Notes: generated by a model from the letters alone, not told the origin. 64,000 nt of DNA from an uncultured Acidimicrobiia bacterium (GCA_963847455.1 CAWKAG010000042.1:27161-91160), one strand, 5' to 3'; positions 20,109 through 31,205 are shown, numbered from the stretch's first letter. Numbers and translations: made by a program.

Positions 20109-21168
20109 GAGGCGATCGATGGATACTCGATCGGTCCGAGACCCAGGGAGCGTATGGTGCCATGATCAGCTCGGCAATCTCTAACATCACCGACTCATAG
20201 TTAACCCGCCAGCCCGCGAAATCCATCCACGCCTGATCTCGGTCATCGACAACCGGAAGTGCATCAGCGACCAACCGGTCAAGTGCCTCCTCAAACTCGA
20301 CCCTGGTTAGCGCTATCGGGTCGCCGTACTGAGGGTCGGGATCGTACGCAATCCCGAACACATCGGCGATCCGCCTGAGGGTTATGAAGCCCGCCCTGAT
20401 AACGATCCTTCCGCCGGGGCTTGGTTCGCGAACGAGCGAGGTTTGTGCGAGAGCGGCCGCGTCGAGCGCAGTACCTGCAGCAGTTATCCAGGACAGGCCC
20501 ATCTGCGGCGAACGCAAGAAGTTCAAGGCCGGAAACGTCGTGTGGGATTCCTGCACCTCGGCGAACCACTGCTCCCAGGCAGCCCACTCCTGATCCAGGT
20601 TTTCAATCCAACCGATTCGATGGAATCGCAACAGGAACTCCGCCGCACTCGGAGGCGTGCCGGCGCGAACCTCCATCAGCGTGACCATTGACTCGCGCTG
20701 GGCGAACGAGGCATAGAGCGACGGCAGGAACGTGATGAGTAGGGCGACGAGTCCCAGTCCAAGGGCGGCCTCCGAGAACGCCAACGCGTGTTCGATCGTC
20801 GATGCTACGGGGGTAAACCCCAACGTCAGCAGGCTGGAGCCCGATGCTGCAAAAGCGTCGGCCCACGAGTAGTCACCTACGGCCTTGAACATCGCCGTGT
20901 ATCCGGCTCCCACTACAACGACCCAAACGAGTGGCATGAATACCAAGGTGATCGGGGTAAACAAAGCCATTACGCCGTCGCGAGCTTCGAATGACCGCCG
21001 CTCATTGGCGAGAAGCCGGAAGAACTTGCCGGACGCTCCGAAGATCATGCCGGTCAGCCAGGATTGTGCCGCCCGGGGCAACACCACCGTTCGAATCGCC
21101 GATATCAACGTCGCAACCACCAGGAACGATCCGACGAAGAAAAGCAAAACCGACCCGAGCGTGACCAC
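20071..21168 (-). CDS. membrane protein with a potassium-channel-like TM-pore-TM segment
   Basis: SGSSLLTLGF pore-like motif flanked by TM helices, followed by a soluble C-terminal domain. Confidence 0.7.
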   Translation of the reverse strand: MVTLGSVLLFFVGSFLVVATLISAIRTVVLPRAAQSWLTGMIFGASGKFFRLLANERRSFEARDGVMALFTPITLVFMPLVWVVVVGAGYTAMFKAVGDYSWADAFAASGSSLLTLGFTPVASTIEHALAFSEAALGLGLVALLITFLPSLYASFAQRESMVTLMEVRAGTPPSAAEFLLRFHRIGWIENLDQEWAAWEQWFAEVQESHTTFPALNFLRSPQMGLSWITAAGTALDAAALAQTSLVREPSPGGRIVIRAGFITLRRIADVFGIAYDPDPQYGDPIALTRVEFEEALDRLVADALPVVDDRDQAWMDFAGWRVNYESVMLEIAELIMAPYAPWVSDRSSIHRSPPKRIRWGARLSR

Positions 21169-21201
21169 CCCGGGATCCTAGGCGGCTAACGTTGCACCCC
21201 G

Positions 21202-22683
21202 ATGTTGCACCAACGGTCAAGCGGAGTTCTCCTCCATCCAACGTCCCTCCCGGGCCAGTACGGGGTCGGCGACGTCGGTCCAGCTGCCTACCGGTGGGTG
21301 GACACTCTCGTGGCGATGGGCTGCACCCATTGGCAGGTCCTTCCCCTCGGTCCAACAGGCTACGGCGACTCGCCCTATCAATGCTTCTCCTCGTTCGCTG
21401 GCAACCCGCTCCTGATCAGCCCCGATCTTCTGATCGAAGCCGGGCTGCTGACCGCCCCGTTGGCAACGCCAGCCTTCCCGGCCGGTTCCGTGGATTACGG
21501 CCCGACCATCGAGTGGAAGACGGAACTGCTAGCCAGCGCCTTCCAGACGTTCGTCGATAAACCTGACGCGGAGTTGGCGGCGGATTTCGAGTCTTTTCTT
21601 TCCGCAGAGAGCTCCTGGTTGGACGACTTCTCGCTGTTCATGGTGATCAAAGCCAATCAGGGCGGCGGGGCCTTCACCGACTGGGCGGCACCTTTTCGAG
21701 ATCGCCACCCAGCTGCCATCGCCGAGGTGCGACAGCAGTACGCAACCGACCTGAGGCGAGTCGCGTTCTGGCAGTTCCTGTTCTTCAAGCAATGGGCAGA
21801 ATTGCACACCTATGCCTCTTCGCAGGGAATCGGAATCATTGGCGATCTACCCATTTTCGTCTCGGCCGATTCAGCCGACGTGTGGGCGAAACGTGAACTC
21901 TTCGAACTAGACGAAGCCGGAAAAGCAACGTTGGTAGCCGGAGTCCCCCCGGATTATTTCTCGGTCACCGGTCAACTGTGGGGCAACCCCCAATACCGGT
22001 GGGAGGTGCACCAGGAGCAAAGTTTCAGCTGGTGGATGCAACGTCTCACGGCCACGCTCCGCTTCGTCGACCTCGTCCGCATCGATCACTTCCGGGCCTT
22101 TGCCGACTACTGGGAGATTCCCGCCGGCAGTCCGACGGCCGAGACTGGGCGATGGGTTGATGGCCCCGGCGAAGCGTTCTTCAACACGGTCGCCGAACAT
22201 CTACCCGAAATGCCGATCATCGCTGAGGACCTGGGTGAGATCTCCCAGGCGGTCTTCGACTTGCGCGACCAGTTCCAGCTGCCGGGGATGAAGATCCTCC
22301 AATTCGCGTTCGACGGCGACGTGGACAACCCGTTCCTCCCGCACCACTTCCCGGAGAACTGTGTCGTCTACACCGGCACGCACGACAACGACACGACGGT
22401 GGGCTGGTGGATGGCATCCGACGAGGAGACCCGTCACCAGGTGCGGTTGTACTTGAGCATCGATGGGTCCGACATCGCTTGGGATCTCATCGCGGCAGGC
22501 TGGTATTCCCGCGCGGCGCTGGCTATTGCCCCACTGCAAGACTTGCTGCGGTTGGACACGACTGCCCGGATGAATGTACCGGGAGAACCCGCCGGGAACT
22601 GGAGCTGGCGGATGGCCGACGACCGGGTCCCGGACCACGTGATCGAGTCAATGCGAGATTTGAACGCCCAAACCGGTCGTTGA
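21202..22683 (+). CDS. malQ: 4-alpha-glucanotransferase (amylomaltase, GH77)
   Basis: LHPTSLP, SPY, GVPPDYFS.TGQLWGNP, RIDHFR, AEDLG, YTGTHDNDT. Confidence 0.97.
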   Translation: MLHQRSSGVLLHPTSLPGQYGVGDVGPAAYRWVDTLVAMGCTHWQVLPLGPTGYGDSPYQCFSSFAGNPLLISPDLLIEAGLLTAPLATPAFPAGSVDYGPTIEWKTELLASAFQTFVDKPDAELAADFESFLSAESSWLDDFSLFMVIKANQGGGAFTDWAAPFRDRHPAAIAEVRQQYATDLRRVAFWQFLFFKQWAELHTYASSQGIGIIGDLPIFVSADSADVWAKRELFELDEAGKATLVAGVPPDYFSVTGQLWGNPQYRWEVHQEQSFSWWMQRLTATLRFVDLVRIDHFRAFADYWEIPAGSPTAETGRWVDGPGEAFFNTVAEHLPEMPIIAEDLGEISQAVFDLRDQFQLPGMKILQFAFDGDVDNPFLPHHFPENCVVYTGTHDNDTTVGWWMASDEETRHQVRLYLSIDGSDIAWDLIAAGWYSRAALAIAPLQDLLRLDTTARMNVPGEPAGNWSWRMADDRVPDHVIESMRDLNAQTGR

Positions 22684-22694
22684 CGAAACCCGGC

Positions 22695-23777
22695 TCACAG
22701 CGACAGAACTCCCTGGATATCTTCCATGCGGCGCATGCGCCGCTTGGTGATCTCGGACGAGCCATCAAGTAGCGCAGTGGTTTCTTTGAGAACGGTCGGA
22801 ATATCGAAGAGTTCCACCATCGGGTCCGACGTTGGCCGCCCACCGCCCACCGTGGTCCTCCAGGCGGTCATATCACCGGTAACGCCATTCATGAGCGCCT
22901 CAACCGCTATCAACCCGAGCCGACCCGCCAGCATCCGATCGTGGAACGAGGGAGCGCCTCCCCGAACAATATGACCCAGAACCGCACCACGGATATCGAT
23001 GTTGGCGTCGCGTAGACGCAGGTCGACCTCCGATACGAGACGGTCGGTCGGGATACCCACTCCCTCGGCCTTGATAATCAGCACGAGTCGTTTGGCTCGT
23101 TCGGTTGCAAGATTGCGGTGAATGAGATCCGCAATCGACTCGATGATTTCGTCGTCGGGAGTCTGATGCTCCGGCAGAAGCACGGCGTCGGCAGCCGAGG
23201 CAACCGCCGCCGACATGGCGAGGTACCCCGACTGGCGACCCATGACTTCGACGATGAACGCCCGCTTCAAGGACTGCGCTGTGTCCGATATTCGATCGCA
23301 AGCTTCGACAATTGTGTTGAGGGCTGTGTCCACGCCAATCGCATCCGATGTACAGCCGATATCGTTATCGATCGATGCTGGGATCGCCACCACCGGGATG
23401 GGCGACTCAATGGCGAGATGATGTGCTCCGGCGACCGATCCGTTGCCACCGATGACCACAAGCCCCCGAACGCCAAGACTCTGGAGGCGGTGCGACGCTT
23501 GTTCACGACCCTCGGGCGCCATAAACCGGGCGCTCCTTGCCGACCCGAGCATCGTTCCGCCCTTGTTGCCCTCTGATTGGAGGGCCCCAATCGGGGCCAG
23601 TCCCCAACTCACGGCCCGGGTGAGCTGGCGAAATCGGCCCTCGATAAGACCGTCGTAGCCACGTTCGACCCCGAGTACTCGCACGTTACGGGCCGACGCC
23701 ACCTTCACGACCGCACGAATGGCGGCGTTCATTCCTGGTGCATCCCCACCTGAAGTGAGGACCGCGATCGTATCCAT
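22695..23777 (-). CDS. pfkA: 6-phosphofructokinase
   Basis: TSGGDAPGMNAA, GGTMLGSAR, GGNGS, IDNDI, EVMGR, LGHIVRGG. Confidence 0.94.
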   Translation of the reverse strand: MDTIAVLTSGGDAPGMNAAIRAVVKVASARNVRVLGVERGYDGLIEGRFRQLTRAVSWGLAPIGALQSEGNKGGTMLGSARSARFMAPEGREQASHRLQSLGVRGLVVIGGNGSVAGAHHLAIESPIPVVAIPASIDNDIGCTSDAIGVDTALNTIVEACDRISDTAQSLKRAFIVEVMGRQSGYLAMSAAVASAADAVLLPEHQTPDDEIIESIADLIHRNLATERAKRLVLIIKAEGVGIPTDRLVSEVDLRLRDANIDIRGAVLGHIVRGGAPSFHDRMLAGRLGLIAVEALMNGVTGDMTAWRTTVGGGRPTSDPMVELFDIPTVLKETTALLDGSSEITKRRMRRMEDIQGVLSL

Positions 23778-23825
23778 GGCCGAAAGCATAGACCGGCCGA
23801 TTTGAATGCTCAGTACAGTGGCAGC

Positions 23826-25037
23826 GTGCGGTCGGTCTCCTTTCTCATAGCTGCAGCTGCGTTGGCAGCCTGTACCTCCGTTGCCGGCCCGGTCACCACG
23901 GCGGCGCCGCCGGTCTCCGCCACCACTCGCTCGGGGGCTGCCGCCTCCGATGCCGAGCGGGCGTTTCTTGAGTCACTACCGGGCTATATCGTGACGTACG
24001 ACACGGGGCCGACGGTGTACTCGCCTGCGGGTGTGCCGTTGTTCGAGCTAGCTGGAGCCATTCCCGGCGCACAGCCAACCTTTTCGGGCGAGGGCTCGCT
24101 CGCATGGACTGCCAGTGACGGGGTCACCCAATTCATACGGATCAGGAGCTCCGATGGCTCGATGATCGACCTACCACCCCCGATGATTCCGTTCTACTAC
24201 TACTGGAGCCCCGACGGCACATCCCTGGCATTTCTCGGCAACGGCCCCGACGGACAGGTCGAAATCGCGATCGCGGACCGAGTTGGAGCGATCATTCTCA
24301 AAGACGGCGGCACGACCTATTTCTTCGATTGGGCGCCGGATGGGACGGCTATTGCTGCTCATGTCTCCGGCGAGACGTTGCGTATCTACCCGCTCGATTC
24401 CGATCAAATCGACGTGGCTGTGAGTCCTAACTTTGGTTCACCGCAGTGGTCGCCGGACGGGATCACCTGGTTGGCAAACGGGGGATCTCTGTCGGCGTCC
24501 GAGAGCGCGAGCGCTCTCCAAACGACCCAAACGCTCCTGGTCGGTGACCCAACCGGTGATCCGACCGAGATCACCCAAGTCGAGGCATCTGCCAGTTTTG
24601 CGTCGAGCGCTGGTCGGGTGGCGGTACTAGATGGCCTACCCGTTGGCTCGCTCAGGGTGATCGAAGGGGACCAGGTGGCGGAAGTCGGCCAGAACATCGG
24701 CGCCTATCAATGGAGTCCAGATGGGTCTGCGCTCGCCTTGCTGCAGTTCTTTCCCCAAGAGGAACTAGCCCGATGGCTCGTATGGACGGGCGATGAGATC
24801 GTTGCTTTCGACCGTTTCCTGCCGACCCCCCAATTCATGAGTACGTACCTTCCCTTTTGGGACCAGTACATGCGGAGCCAAACAATCTGGTCGCCTGACG
24901 GTACCGCTTTCGTATATTCGGCCGCCACCCCGAGCGGATTTGAAATCCTCGTGCAGCCGGTCGGGGCTGGTCGCCCGTCAATCGCTATCGCGACGGGTGG
25001 GTTCGCTTCCTGGGGGCCTGTTAGTTTCGCACCATGA
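23826..25037 (+). CDS. lipoprotein with TolB-like WSPDG beta-propeller repeats
   Basis: LAAC lipobox; repeated WSPDG/WAPDG motifs. Confidence 0.8.
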   Translation: MRSVSFLIAAAALAACTSVAGPVTTAAPPVSATTRSGAAASDAERAFLESLPGYIVTYDTGPTVYSPAGVPLFELAGAIPGAQPTFSGEGSLAWTASDGVTQFIRIRSSDGSMIDLPPPMIPFYYYWSPDGTSLAFLGNGPDGQVEIAIADRVGAIILKDGGTTYFFDWAPDGTAIAAHVSGETLRIYPLDSDQIDVAVSPNFGSPQWSPDGITWLANGGSLSASESASALQTTQTLLVGDPTGDPTEITQVEASASFASSAGRVAVLDGLPVGSLRVIEGDQVAEVGQNIGAYQWSPDGSALALLQFFPQEELARWLVWTGDEIVAFDRFLPTPQFMSTYLPFWDQYMRSQTIWSPDGTAFVYSAATPSGFEILVQPVGAGRPSIAIATGGFASWGPVSFAP

Positions 25038-26983
25038 GTAACCAAATCACATCAGAGGACCTGTGGGCGATCAAACGGGTGGGTGCCCCCTCGACCGCCG
25101 CCAATGGCCGGGGCGTCTTTCCGGTCACGACCTTTGATATCACCACGGACGAAAGCCTCACCCGGCTCTACTCAATCCCGGATTCTCGCCCGCTCACCAG
25201 TGGAGTATCTGCCACGAACGCGGTGATCAGCCACTCCGGGGACACCGTGGCCTTTCTGAGGAAGGTCAACGACGTCAACCAGGTCCACATCATGCCGATG
25301 GATGGCGGGGAGTCCGAATCACTCACGGATTTCCCACTCGGTGCCCAGGGCATGAAATGGCTGCCGGACGGGTCCGGGTTGATCGTGGCCGTTGCGGTGT
25401 TCGGGAACGATCCGGACCGCACTGAGGCAGTCATCAAAGAACGCTCCGAATCGAAGGTGACCGCCAGAGCTACTGAGTATTCCTTTTATCGCTTTTGGGA
25501 TACCTGGCTGACTGATGGCTACGTTACGCACCTGTTCCGGGTAGACCTGGACGGCTCGACGATCGACCTCACCCCGGACCTCAAAGCGTTCATCAGCCTC
25601 GCCTCGGCGGTCCCGGTTACGGCCGACTTTGATGTCTCACCTGATGGCCGCCGAGTTGTCCTAAGCGCGGCCTCGCTTGACTACGGCTCAATGATCCGAC
25701 CGAGGTATGAACTGTGGTCGATATCGACGGATTCCGGCGCCGAACCCGTACGACTCACCCCCGATAACCCCGGGGACGACATCCAGCCGGTGTTTCTCGC
25801 CGATGGCCGCATCGTGTTCGGCGCCTCCACCGAAATGGACTACTACGGAACGCCCGTCCATCTGACCTTGCTCGACGCCGACGCCCAAACGCCCCTGGCT
25901 GGCGATTGGGACCTATCGCCATCGGCGTGGATCCCAACACCCGACGGAGAATCAGTATTGGCGATAGCCGAAGCTTCCGTCAGGACCCGCGCCTACGTGG
26001 TTCCCCTGGACGGGTCCGGACCCCGTCCTATCGAAAGTGACGGGTCCGTTTCGAGCCCTTCGGCCACGAGCGACCATCTTTACCTGCTCCAGCAGTCGTT
26101 GTCCCGGCCCCCGGAACTCGTCAGGACCGATTGGAGAGGACCGAGCTTTGAGCAAGTCACCACCGTCAACGCCACGTTGCTCGATCACCTGAACCTGGGC
26201 CGGGTTGAGAACACGACGTTCACGGGAGCGAACGACGACGCCGTCCAGATGTTCATCATCTACCCGCCAGACTTTGACAAAAACCTGACCTATCCCCTCG
26301 TCCATATGATTCATGGTGGCCCTCACGGAAGCTTCGGCGATGTGTGGCATCAGCGGTGGAACGCCCATGCGTTCGCGGCTCCGGGTTATGTCGTGGCGAT
26401 GGTGAACTTTCACGGTTCGTCGTCGTTTGGTCACGCCTTCACCGGGTCCATCTCCGGCGCCTGGGGGGATCTTCCTGCCACGGATATTCTGGCTGCCACC
26501 GACGCCCTCATCGACCGAGGGTTCATCGACCCCGACCGAATGGCTATCACCGGCGGTTCCTATGGCGGCTATCTCACGACCTGGCTGGCCACCCAGACCA
26601 ATCGATTCACCTGCGCCATCGCCCATGCGGCCGTCACCAACCTCGCGGCGATGTACGCCACCGACTGGAGCACCGGCTTGGGACGGGCCGCTGGTGCAGA
26701 ACCGTGGGACGACCCGATCCGCAACGCTCGCTGGAGCCCATCGGCGCACTATGCGGGTTACGAGACTCCGACCCTGGTGATCCATGGGGAGCAGGATTAC
26801 CGGGTTCCCGTCGGCCAGGGCCTCGAGCTGTACGGCATTCTGAAGGCAAAAGGTGTCGACGCCCGCTTGATCTATTTCCCGGACGAGAACCACTGGATCC
26901 TCAAACCCAACAACTCCATCTACTGGTACTCAGAAGTCCATGCATGGTTGGATCGCTATCTGAGGTCAGACAATGCTCGATGA
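25034..26983 (+). CDS. S9 family (acylaminoacyl/dipeptidyl) peptidase
   Basis: IHGGP, GGSYGG, HGEQDYRV, DENHWI. Confidence 0.94.
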   Translation: MSNQITSEDLWAIKRVGAPSTAANGRGVFPVTTFDITTDESLTRLYSIPDSRPLTSGVSATNAVISHSGDTVAFLRKVNDVNQVHIMPMDGGESESLTDFPLGAQGMKWLPDGSGLIVAVAVFGNDPDRTEAVIKERSESKVTARATEYSFYRFWDTWLTDGYVTHLFRVDLDGSTIDLTPDLKAFISLASAVPVTADFDVSPDGRRVVLSAASLDYGSMIRPRYELWSISTDSGAEPVRLTPDNPGDDIQPVFLADGRIVFGASTEMDYYGTPVHLTLLDADAQTPLAGDWDLSPSAWIPTPDGESVLAIAEASVRTRAYVVPLDGSGPRPIESDGSVSSPSATSDHLYLLQQSLSRPPELVRTDWRGPSFEQVTTVNATLLDHLNLGRVENTTFTGANDDAVQMFIIYPPDFDKNLTYPLVHMIHGGPHGSFGDVWHQRWNAHAFAAPGYVVAMVNFHGSSSFGHAFTGSISGAWGDLPATDILAATDALIDRGFIDPDRMAITGGSYGGYLTTWLATQTNRFTCAIAHAAVTNLAAMYATDWSTGLGRAAGAEPWDDPIRNARWSPSAHYAGYETPTLVIHGEQDYRVPVGQGLELYGILKAKGVDARLIYFPDENHWILKPNNSIYWYSEVHAWLDRYLRSDNAR

Positions 26984-27617
26984 CCCAACTACGGCCGTCG
27001 TTCTGGCCGGTGGCGATGCCGTCCACCTCGATCAGATCGAAGACATCCCAGCTGACGCCTACGTGATTGCTGCCGACTCGGGCCTGGATCAAGCCCGTCG
27101 TCTCGATCTCATGGTCGACCTCATTGTCGGCGACCTCGACTCGGTATCAGCCAGGGCCTTGGCGGAGGCAGAGGGTATCCCCATCGAGCAGTATCCGACC
27201 GATAAGAACTTCACCGACTTGGAGTTGGCACTCGATGCCGCAGTCCGACTGGACGCCGATCGGGTCATCGTGCTGGGCGGGCATGGTGGTCGACTGGATC
27301 ACTTCATGGGCAATGCTGCCGTGCTCACTGCACCACACCTGAGACATCGACGCGTCGAGTGGCTGGCCGGTTATGCCCATGTGTACGTCGTCAATCGGTG
27401 GACTCAGCTCCATGGATCGGTCGGAGCAACGGTGAGCCTGCTTGCCGTCGGCGGCCCCGCCACAGGTGTCGTGACCCAGGGTTTGCGTTGGCCGTTGGAG
27501 TCCGAGATGTTGGAGACGTGGCAGGCCCGTGGACTCTCGAACGAGTTCAGCTCGCCGGTGGCCACCGTCAACCTGACGTCAGGCACGCTCCTGGCGGTCA
27601 TCCCGGGTGCAATTTAG
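26973..27617 (+). CDS. thiN: thiamine pyrophosphokinase
   Basis: AADSG, GDLDS, KNFTDLELA, GGRLDH, GLRWPL, GLSNE. Confidence 0.92.
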   Translation: MLDDPTTAVVLAGGDAVHLDQIEDIPADAYVIAADSGLDQARRLDLMVDLIVGDLDSVSARALAEAEGIPIEQYPTDKNFTDLELALDAAVRLDADRVIVLGGHGGRLDHFMGNAAVLTAPHLRHRRVEWLAGYAHVYVVNRWTQLHGSVGATVSLLAVGGPATGVVTQGLRWPLESEMLETWQARGLSNEFSSPVATVNLTSGTLLAVIPGAI

Positions 27618-27627
27618 CGTCGTCTCG

Positions 27628-28500
27628 CTAACGAACAACACAAGCCTCTTCGTTGGCAAGCAACGGACGAACGAGCGCCCGCCACGTCTCGCCTGCAGAG
27701 TTATAGAACGTGGCGGAGTCAGCTTCATCAAACAGGTCCACTGCCTCGGCCAGGTCGTCGCCGCCGATCTCGAAGCACCGTACATCGTTGAATACGTCCG
27801 GGGCATCTGCGATATTGCTGAAGGGCCAGTCCACGACCGTGTTGAGTTCCTCGGCAGGGCCACTCGGCGACAAGACCACCTGGAGTCGCTCGATTGCGGC
27901 CTCCGACGATTCGCCTCCCCGACCTGCTTCGATCACGTCAGCCAGTGCCTGGAACTCAGCAACATCGTCGTCGCCTGATTCGATTCCGAAGGCATAAATC
28001 GAATATCGGCTCGTGGTCCCATCAGCATGATGGAGCACAAACACGCTGGTGTCGGCATCGGCCACCGTCTGGTTGGCAGACTCGTTCGATCCTTCGGTCA
28101 CCCGCACGAGTTCGGTGTTGCTGATGGCTTCGAGCACGGCTGACATCTGTGTCTGATTGAGCTGAACCTTCTGGAATCGGACGAGTTGCCGGCCGGGATA
28201 CTCAAGCGTCGTCGGACCCTCCGAATACAGCTCGCCTCCGGCGGTCAGCACGTAACGGGGTGCTCGCCCGACGTTGTATTCGACCGGGACAAAACCTCCA
28301 ACGGACAGCCACTCGAGGAGGACCGCATCAGGGTTGTTCGGGACTTCGAAACCCCAGATATTGGCGTCCGGGTCCGAGGGTTGCGTCGTGGGCGTGTCGT
28401 CTCCGACCGGCGAAGGATTTGGTTGCCCAACCTCGCCACCTCCACAAGCCGCCAGGGCGACCAAAAATACCAACACGAGAGCACCATAAGAACGAGTCAT
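27628..28500 (-). CDS. uncharacterised lipoprotein
   Basis: LAAC lipobox; GGFVP and C-terminal VRPLL..E..C. Confidence 0.75.
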   Translation of the reverse strand: MTRSYGALVLVFLVALAACGGGEVGQPNPSPVGDDTPTTQPSDPDANIWGFEVPNNPDAVLLEWLSVGGFVPVEYNVGRAPRYVLTAGGELYSEGPTTLEYPGRQLVRFQKVQLNQTQMSAVLEAISNTELVRVTEGSNESANQTVADADTSVFVLHHADGTTSRYSIYAFGIESGDDDVAEFQALADVIEAGRGGESSEAAIERLQVVLSPSGPAEELNTVVDWPFSNIADAPDVFNDVRCFEIGGDDLAEAVDLFDEADSATFYNSAGETWRALVRPLLANEEACVVR

Positions 28501-28534
28501 GGTTGTGTGACGCAAGACGCTTCGATTCGGTTCC

Positions 28535-29728
28535 TTAGGAACGCGGGACATCTTTCCAGGGAAGGTCCTTGTCGACGCGCGGCTCACCCGGCAACCCGAG
28601 TACCCGCTCCCCGAGAATGTTCTTCATGACTTCCGAAGTCCCGCCTTCAATGCTATTCGCCCTGGCTCGCAGGAAGGCCCGCTGGGCGGTCTGCCCGCCC
28701 GCCCCGGCTAGGGATGGCCGGTGGTGCGTATACCCGCCCGGTAGGACCAGGCCATCGGGTCCCAGCAGCTCAAGCGTGAACTCGGTTATCCGTTTGTTCA
28801 AATCCGCCCAGTGCAGTTTTCCGGTTGATCCTTCGGGGCCGGGAACGCCCTTCTTGCGGTGGTCAGAAGCCCGCATGTTCGTTAGTCGCATCGCCTCAGC
28901 TTCCACCCAGAGACTGATCAGCTTGTCCCGCTTCACCTGGTCGGTGACTCCCATTTCGTTGAAAACCCGGATCGCGTCTCCGATGGCTCCCGATCCGCGT
29001 GGGGTCACGTTCGAGCCGATGGCGACTCGTTCGTTCATGAGCGTGGTGAGCGTGAGCCGCCAACCGTCGCCGACTTCGCCCACCCGGTTGCTATCGGGAA
29101 TCCGGGCGTCCGTGAAGTAGACCTCATTGAACTCGGCTTCGCCGGTGATTTGATAGAGCGGTCGCACCTCTACTCCTGGAGCGTCCATCTCCGCAATAAA
29201 GTAGGTCAGCCCCTGATGTTTCGGCACATCAGGATCGGTACGGGTAACGAGCATGCCCCATTTAGAGACATGGGCGAGCGTCGTCCACACCTTTTGTCCG
29301 TTGACGACCCACTCGTCGCCATCGCGCACCGCCCGCATTGACAACGAGGCGACATCCGAACCCGAGCCGGGCTCCGAGAACATCTGACACCAGATTTCCT
29401 CTGCCGTGTACATGGGCCTGAGCCATCGTTCCTTCTGCTCGTCCGAGCCATGCGCGGAGAGAACCGGCCCACCCATTCCAATTCCGAGCAGGTTGACCTG
29501 GTAGTTCGAAAAGGATGCGCCTTCGCTGCGGAGCCTGGCGATGATGTCCTTCTGGTATTTGGGGCTTATCCCGAGGCCGCCAAACCCTTCCGAGAAATGG
29601 ACCCAAGCAAGTCCCAGGTCATACATGGCTCCCCAGAACTCAGGGCCCTCACGTTCGGGAGTCCCGGCGAGCAGTTGATCGATACGTTCGTCGACGAGAG
29701 ATTGGACGTCAGCTGTTCCGGTCGACAT
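28535..29728 (-). CDS. acyl-CoA dehydrogenase
   Basis: WCQMFSEPGSGSD, NGQKVWT, SIEGGTSEV. Confidence 0.95.
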   Translation of the reverse strand: MSTGTADVQSLVDERIDQLLAGTPEREGPEFWGAMYDLGLAWVHFSEGFGGLGISPKYQKDIIARLRSEGASFSNYQVNLLGIGMGGPVLSAHGSDEQKERWLRPMYTAEEIWCQMFSEPGSGSDVASLSMRAVRDGDEWVVNGQKVWTTLAHVSKWGMLVTRTDPDVPKHQGLTYFIAEMDAPGVEVRPLYQITGEAEFNEVYFTDARIPDSNRVGEVGDGWRLTLTTLMNERVAIGSNVTPRGSGAIGDAIRVFNEMGVTDQVKRDKLISLWVEAEAMRLTNMRASDHRKKGVPGPEGSTGKLHWADLNKRITEFTLELLGPDGLVLPGGYTHHRPSLAGAGGQTAQRAFLRARANSIEGGTSEVMKNILGERVLGLPGEPRVDKDLPWKDVPRS

Positions 29729-29730
29729 GG

Positions 29731-30636
29731 CTATCCCTTGAGAGCCTTGAACAGCAAGGCCATCTCTTCATTGTTACTCAAGGGCACAATGTAGGAGTCG
29801 ATATCCTGGATCGTGTCCAGATTGGCGTGGATGTCTTCCACGCTCGGGACTACGTCCTTGCCAGCAAACCAGCCATCGTTGACCCCAAGGAAGATGCGGG
29901 CGTAACGACCACCTCCGACCGAGAACACCTGATGGGTGAGCGTGCACGTCTCCGAGGCAAGGTAAACCACCAAAGGAGTCACCTGCTCGGGATGGACCAT
30001 ATCGGCAAGCGGCCCCAATAGGTCTTCCGTCATGCGGGTCTTGGCGACCGGCGCGATCGTATTGACCTTGATGTTGTATTTGACGCCTTCGATAGCCATG
30101 ACTGATGCCATCCCCATCAAGCCGGCTTTGGCGGCTCCGTAGTTGACCTGGCCGAAGTTGCCGAACAATCCCGACGGCGAGGACGTATTGATAATCCGTC
30201 CGTAACCGCGCTCCTTCATGAGCGCGAATGCTGGCTGGGCTACATAGAAGGCGCCCTTGAGATGCACATCGAGCACCGCATCGATCTGTTCTGTGGTCAT
30301 CTTGGCAAACGACGTATCGCGCAAGATCCCGGCGTTGTTCACCAGGATGTCGACCTGCCCGAAAGCATCGATCGCGGTTTGCACGATGGCGGCGCCACCG
30401 TCGGGCGATGAGACTGAATCGTAGTTGGCAACGGCTTCGCCACCGGCGCCTGCGATCTCCGCAACGACGGCGTCGGCCGCCATCGCCGAACCGCCAGAAC
30501 CATCAACGGAACCGCCTAGATCATTGACTACGACCCGGGCGCCCCGGCGGGCGAACTCGAGGGCGTAGGTTCGGCCGAGACCGCCGCCGGCTCCGGTGAC
30601 TACGGCGACCCGGTTATCAAAGGTGATGTCGGACAT
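29731..30636 (-). CDS. SDR family 3-hydroxyacyl-CoA dehydrogenase (peroxisomal MFE-like)
   Basis: TGAGGGLG, VVVNDLGG, NNAGILRD, NYGAAK. Confidence 0.92.
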   Translation of the reverse strand: MSDITFDNRVAVVTGAGGGLGRTYALEFARRGARVVVNDLGGSVDGSGGSAMAADAVVAEIAGAGGEAVANYDSVSSPDGGAAIVQTAIDAFGQVDILVNNAGILRDTSFAKMTTEQIDAVLDVHLKGAFYVAQPAFALMKERGYGRIINTSSPSGLFGNFGQVNYGAAKAGLMGMASVMAIEGVKYNIKVNTIAPVAKTRMTEDLLGPLADMVHPEQVTPLVVYLASETCTLTHQVFSVGGGRYARIFLGVNDGWFAGKDVVPSVEDIHANLDTIQDIDSYIVPLSNNEEMALLFKALKG

Positions 30637-30728
30637 ACGACTGTGGCTCCGATTTCGACGACTCCCACAGCTTAGCCACGGCCAGTTAACCGCCGTTCAC
30701 TCCCGGTCGGCTCCGGCCAAAGCCGCTC

Positions 30729-31100
30729 CTAAAGGAAGCGGATGGTCATCGGGTAGCGGTACGCCACGCCTTCGCCGGCCCGCACCCCTGCAATGACAGC
30801 CAGCACCAGGTCGGCAATGAGGACGAGGGGAAACAAGATGAACCCAATGATGACGAGCATAAGGATCGCGGAGATCACCAGGTAGATGAACATGCTGATC
30901 TGGAAGTTGAGTGACTCTTTGGCCTGCTCGGCGATCACCGTCGATTCGTCCTTCTTCATGAACCAGATGACCGCTGGTCCAATAAAGCCTGGGATTCCTA
31001 CGAGAACCGAGAGCGTTGAGAAATGCGACCACATCGACCAATCACGTTCCTCCTTGGTCATGGTGATAGCAGGCGAGATGTCAGGTTCGTTTATGTCCAT
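30729..31100 (-). CDS. DUF4870 (Tic20-like) membrane protein
   Basis: WSMWSH...KESLNFQI...YRYP. Confidence 0.85.
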   Translation of the reverse strand: MDINEPDISPAITMTKEERDWSMWSHFSTLSVLVGIPGFIGPAVIWFMKKDESTVIAEQAKESLNFQISMFIYLVISAILMLVIIGFILFPLVLIADLVLAVIAGVRAGEGVAYRYPMTIRFL

Positions 31101-31205
31101 GACCATAAAACCTACACCGTCTAAAACGGTTCCGAAGATATCCGACGAATCGCCAGCGAAGTAAATAGGCTGAGCGGTAATCAAGACCGAGGAGCGGGAA
31201 CGTCA

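Noticed and set aside
31121-31150. TAAA-N15-TCCGACGA as a second sigma28 promoter, before the cNMP-binding gene
   Set aside because: The -10 match is poor, and a TAGGCT hexamer nearer the gene explains expression.
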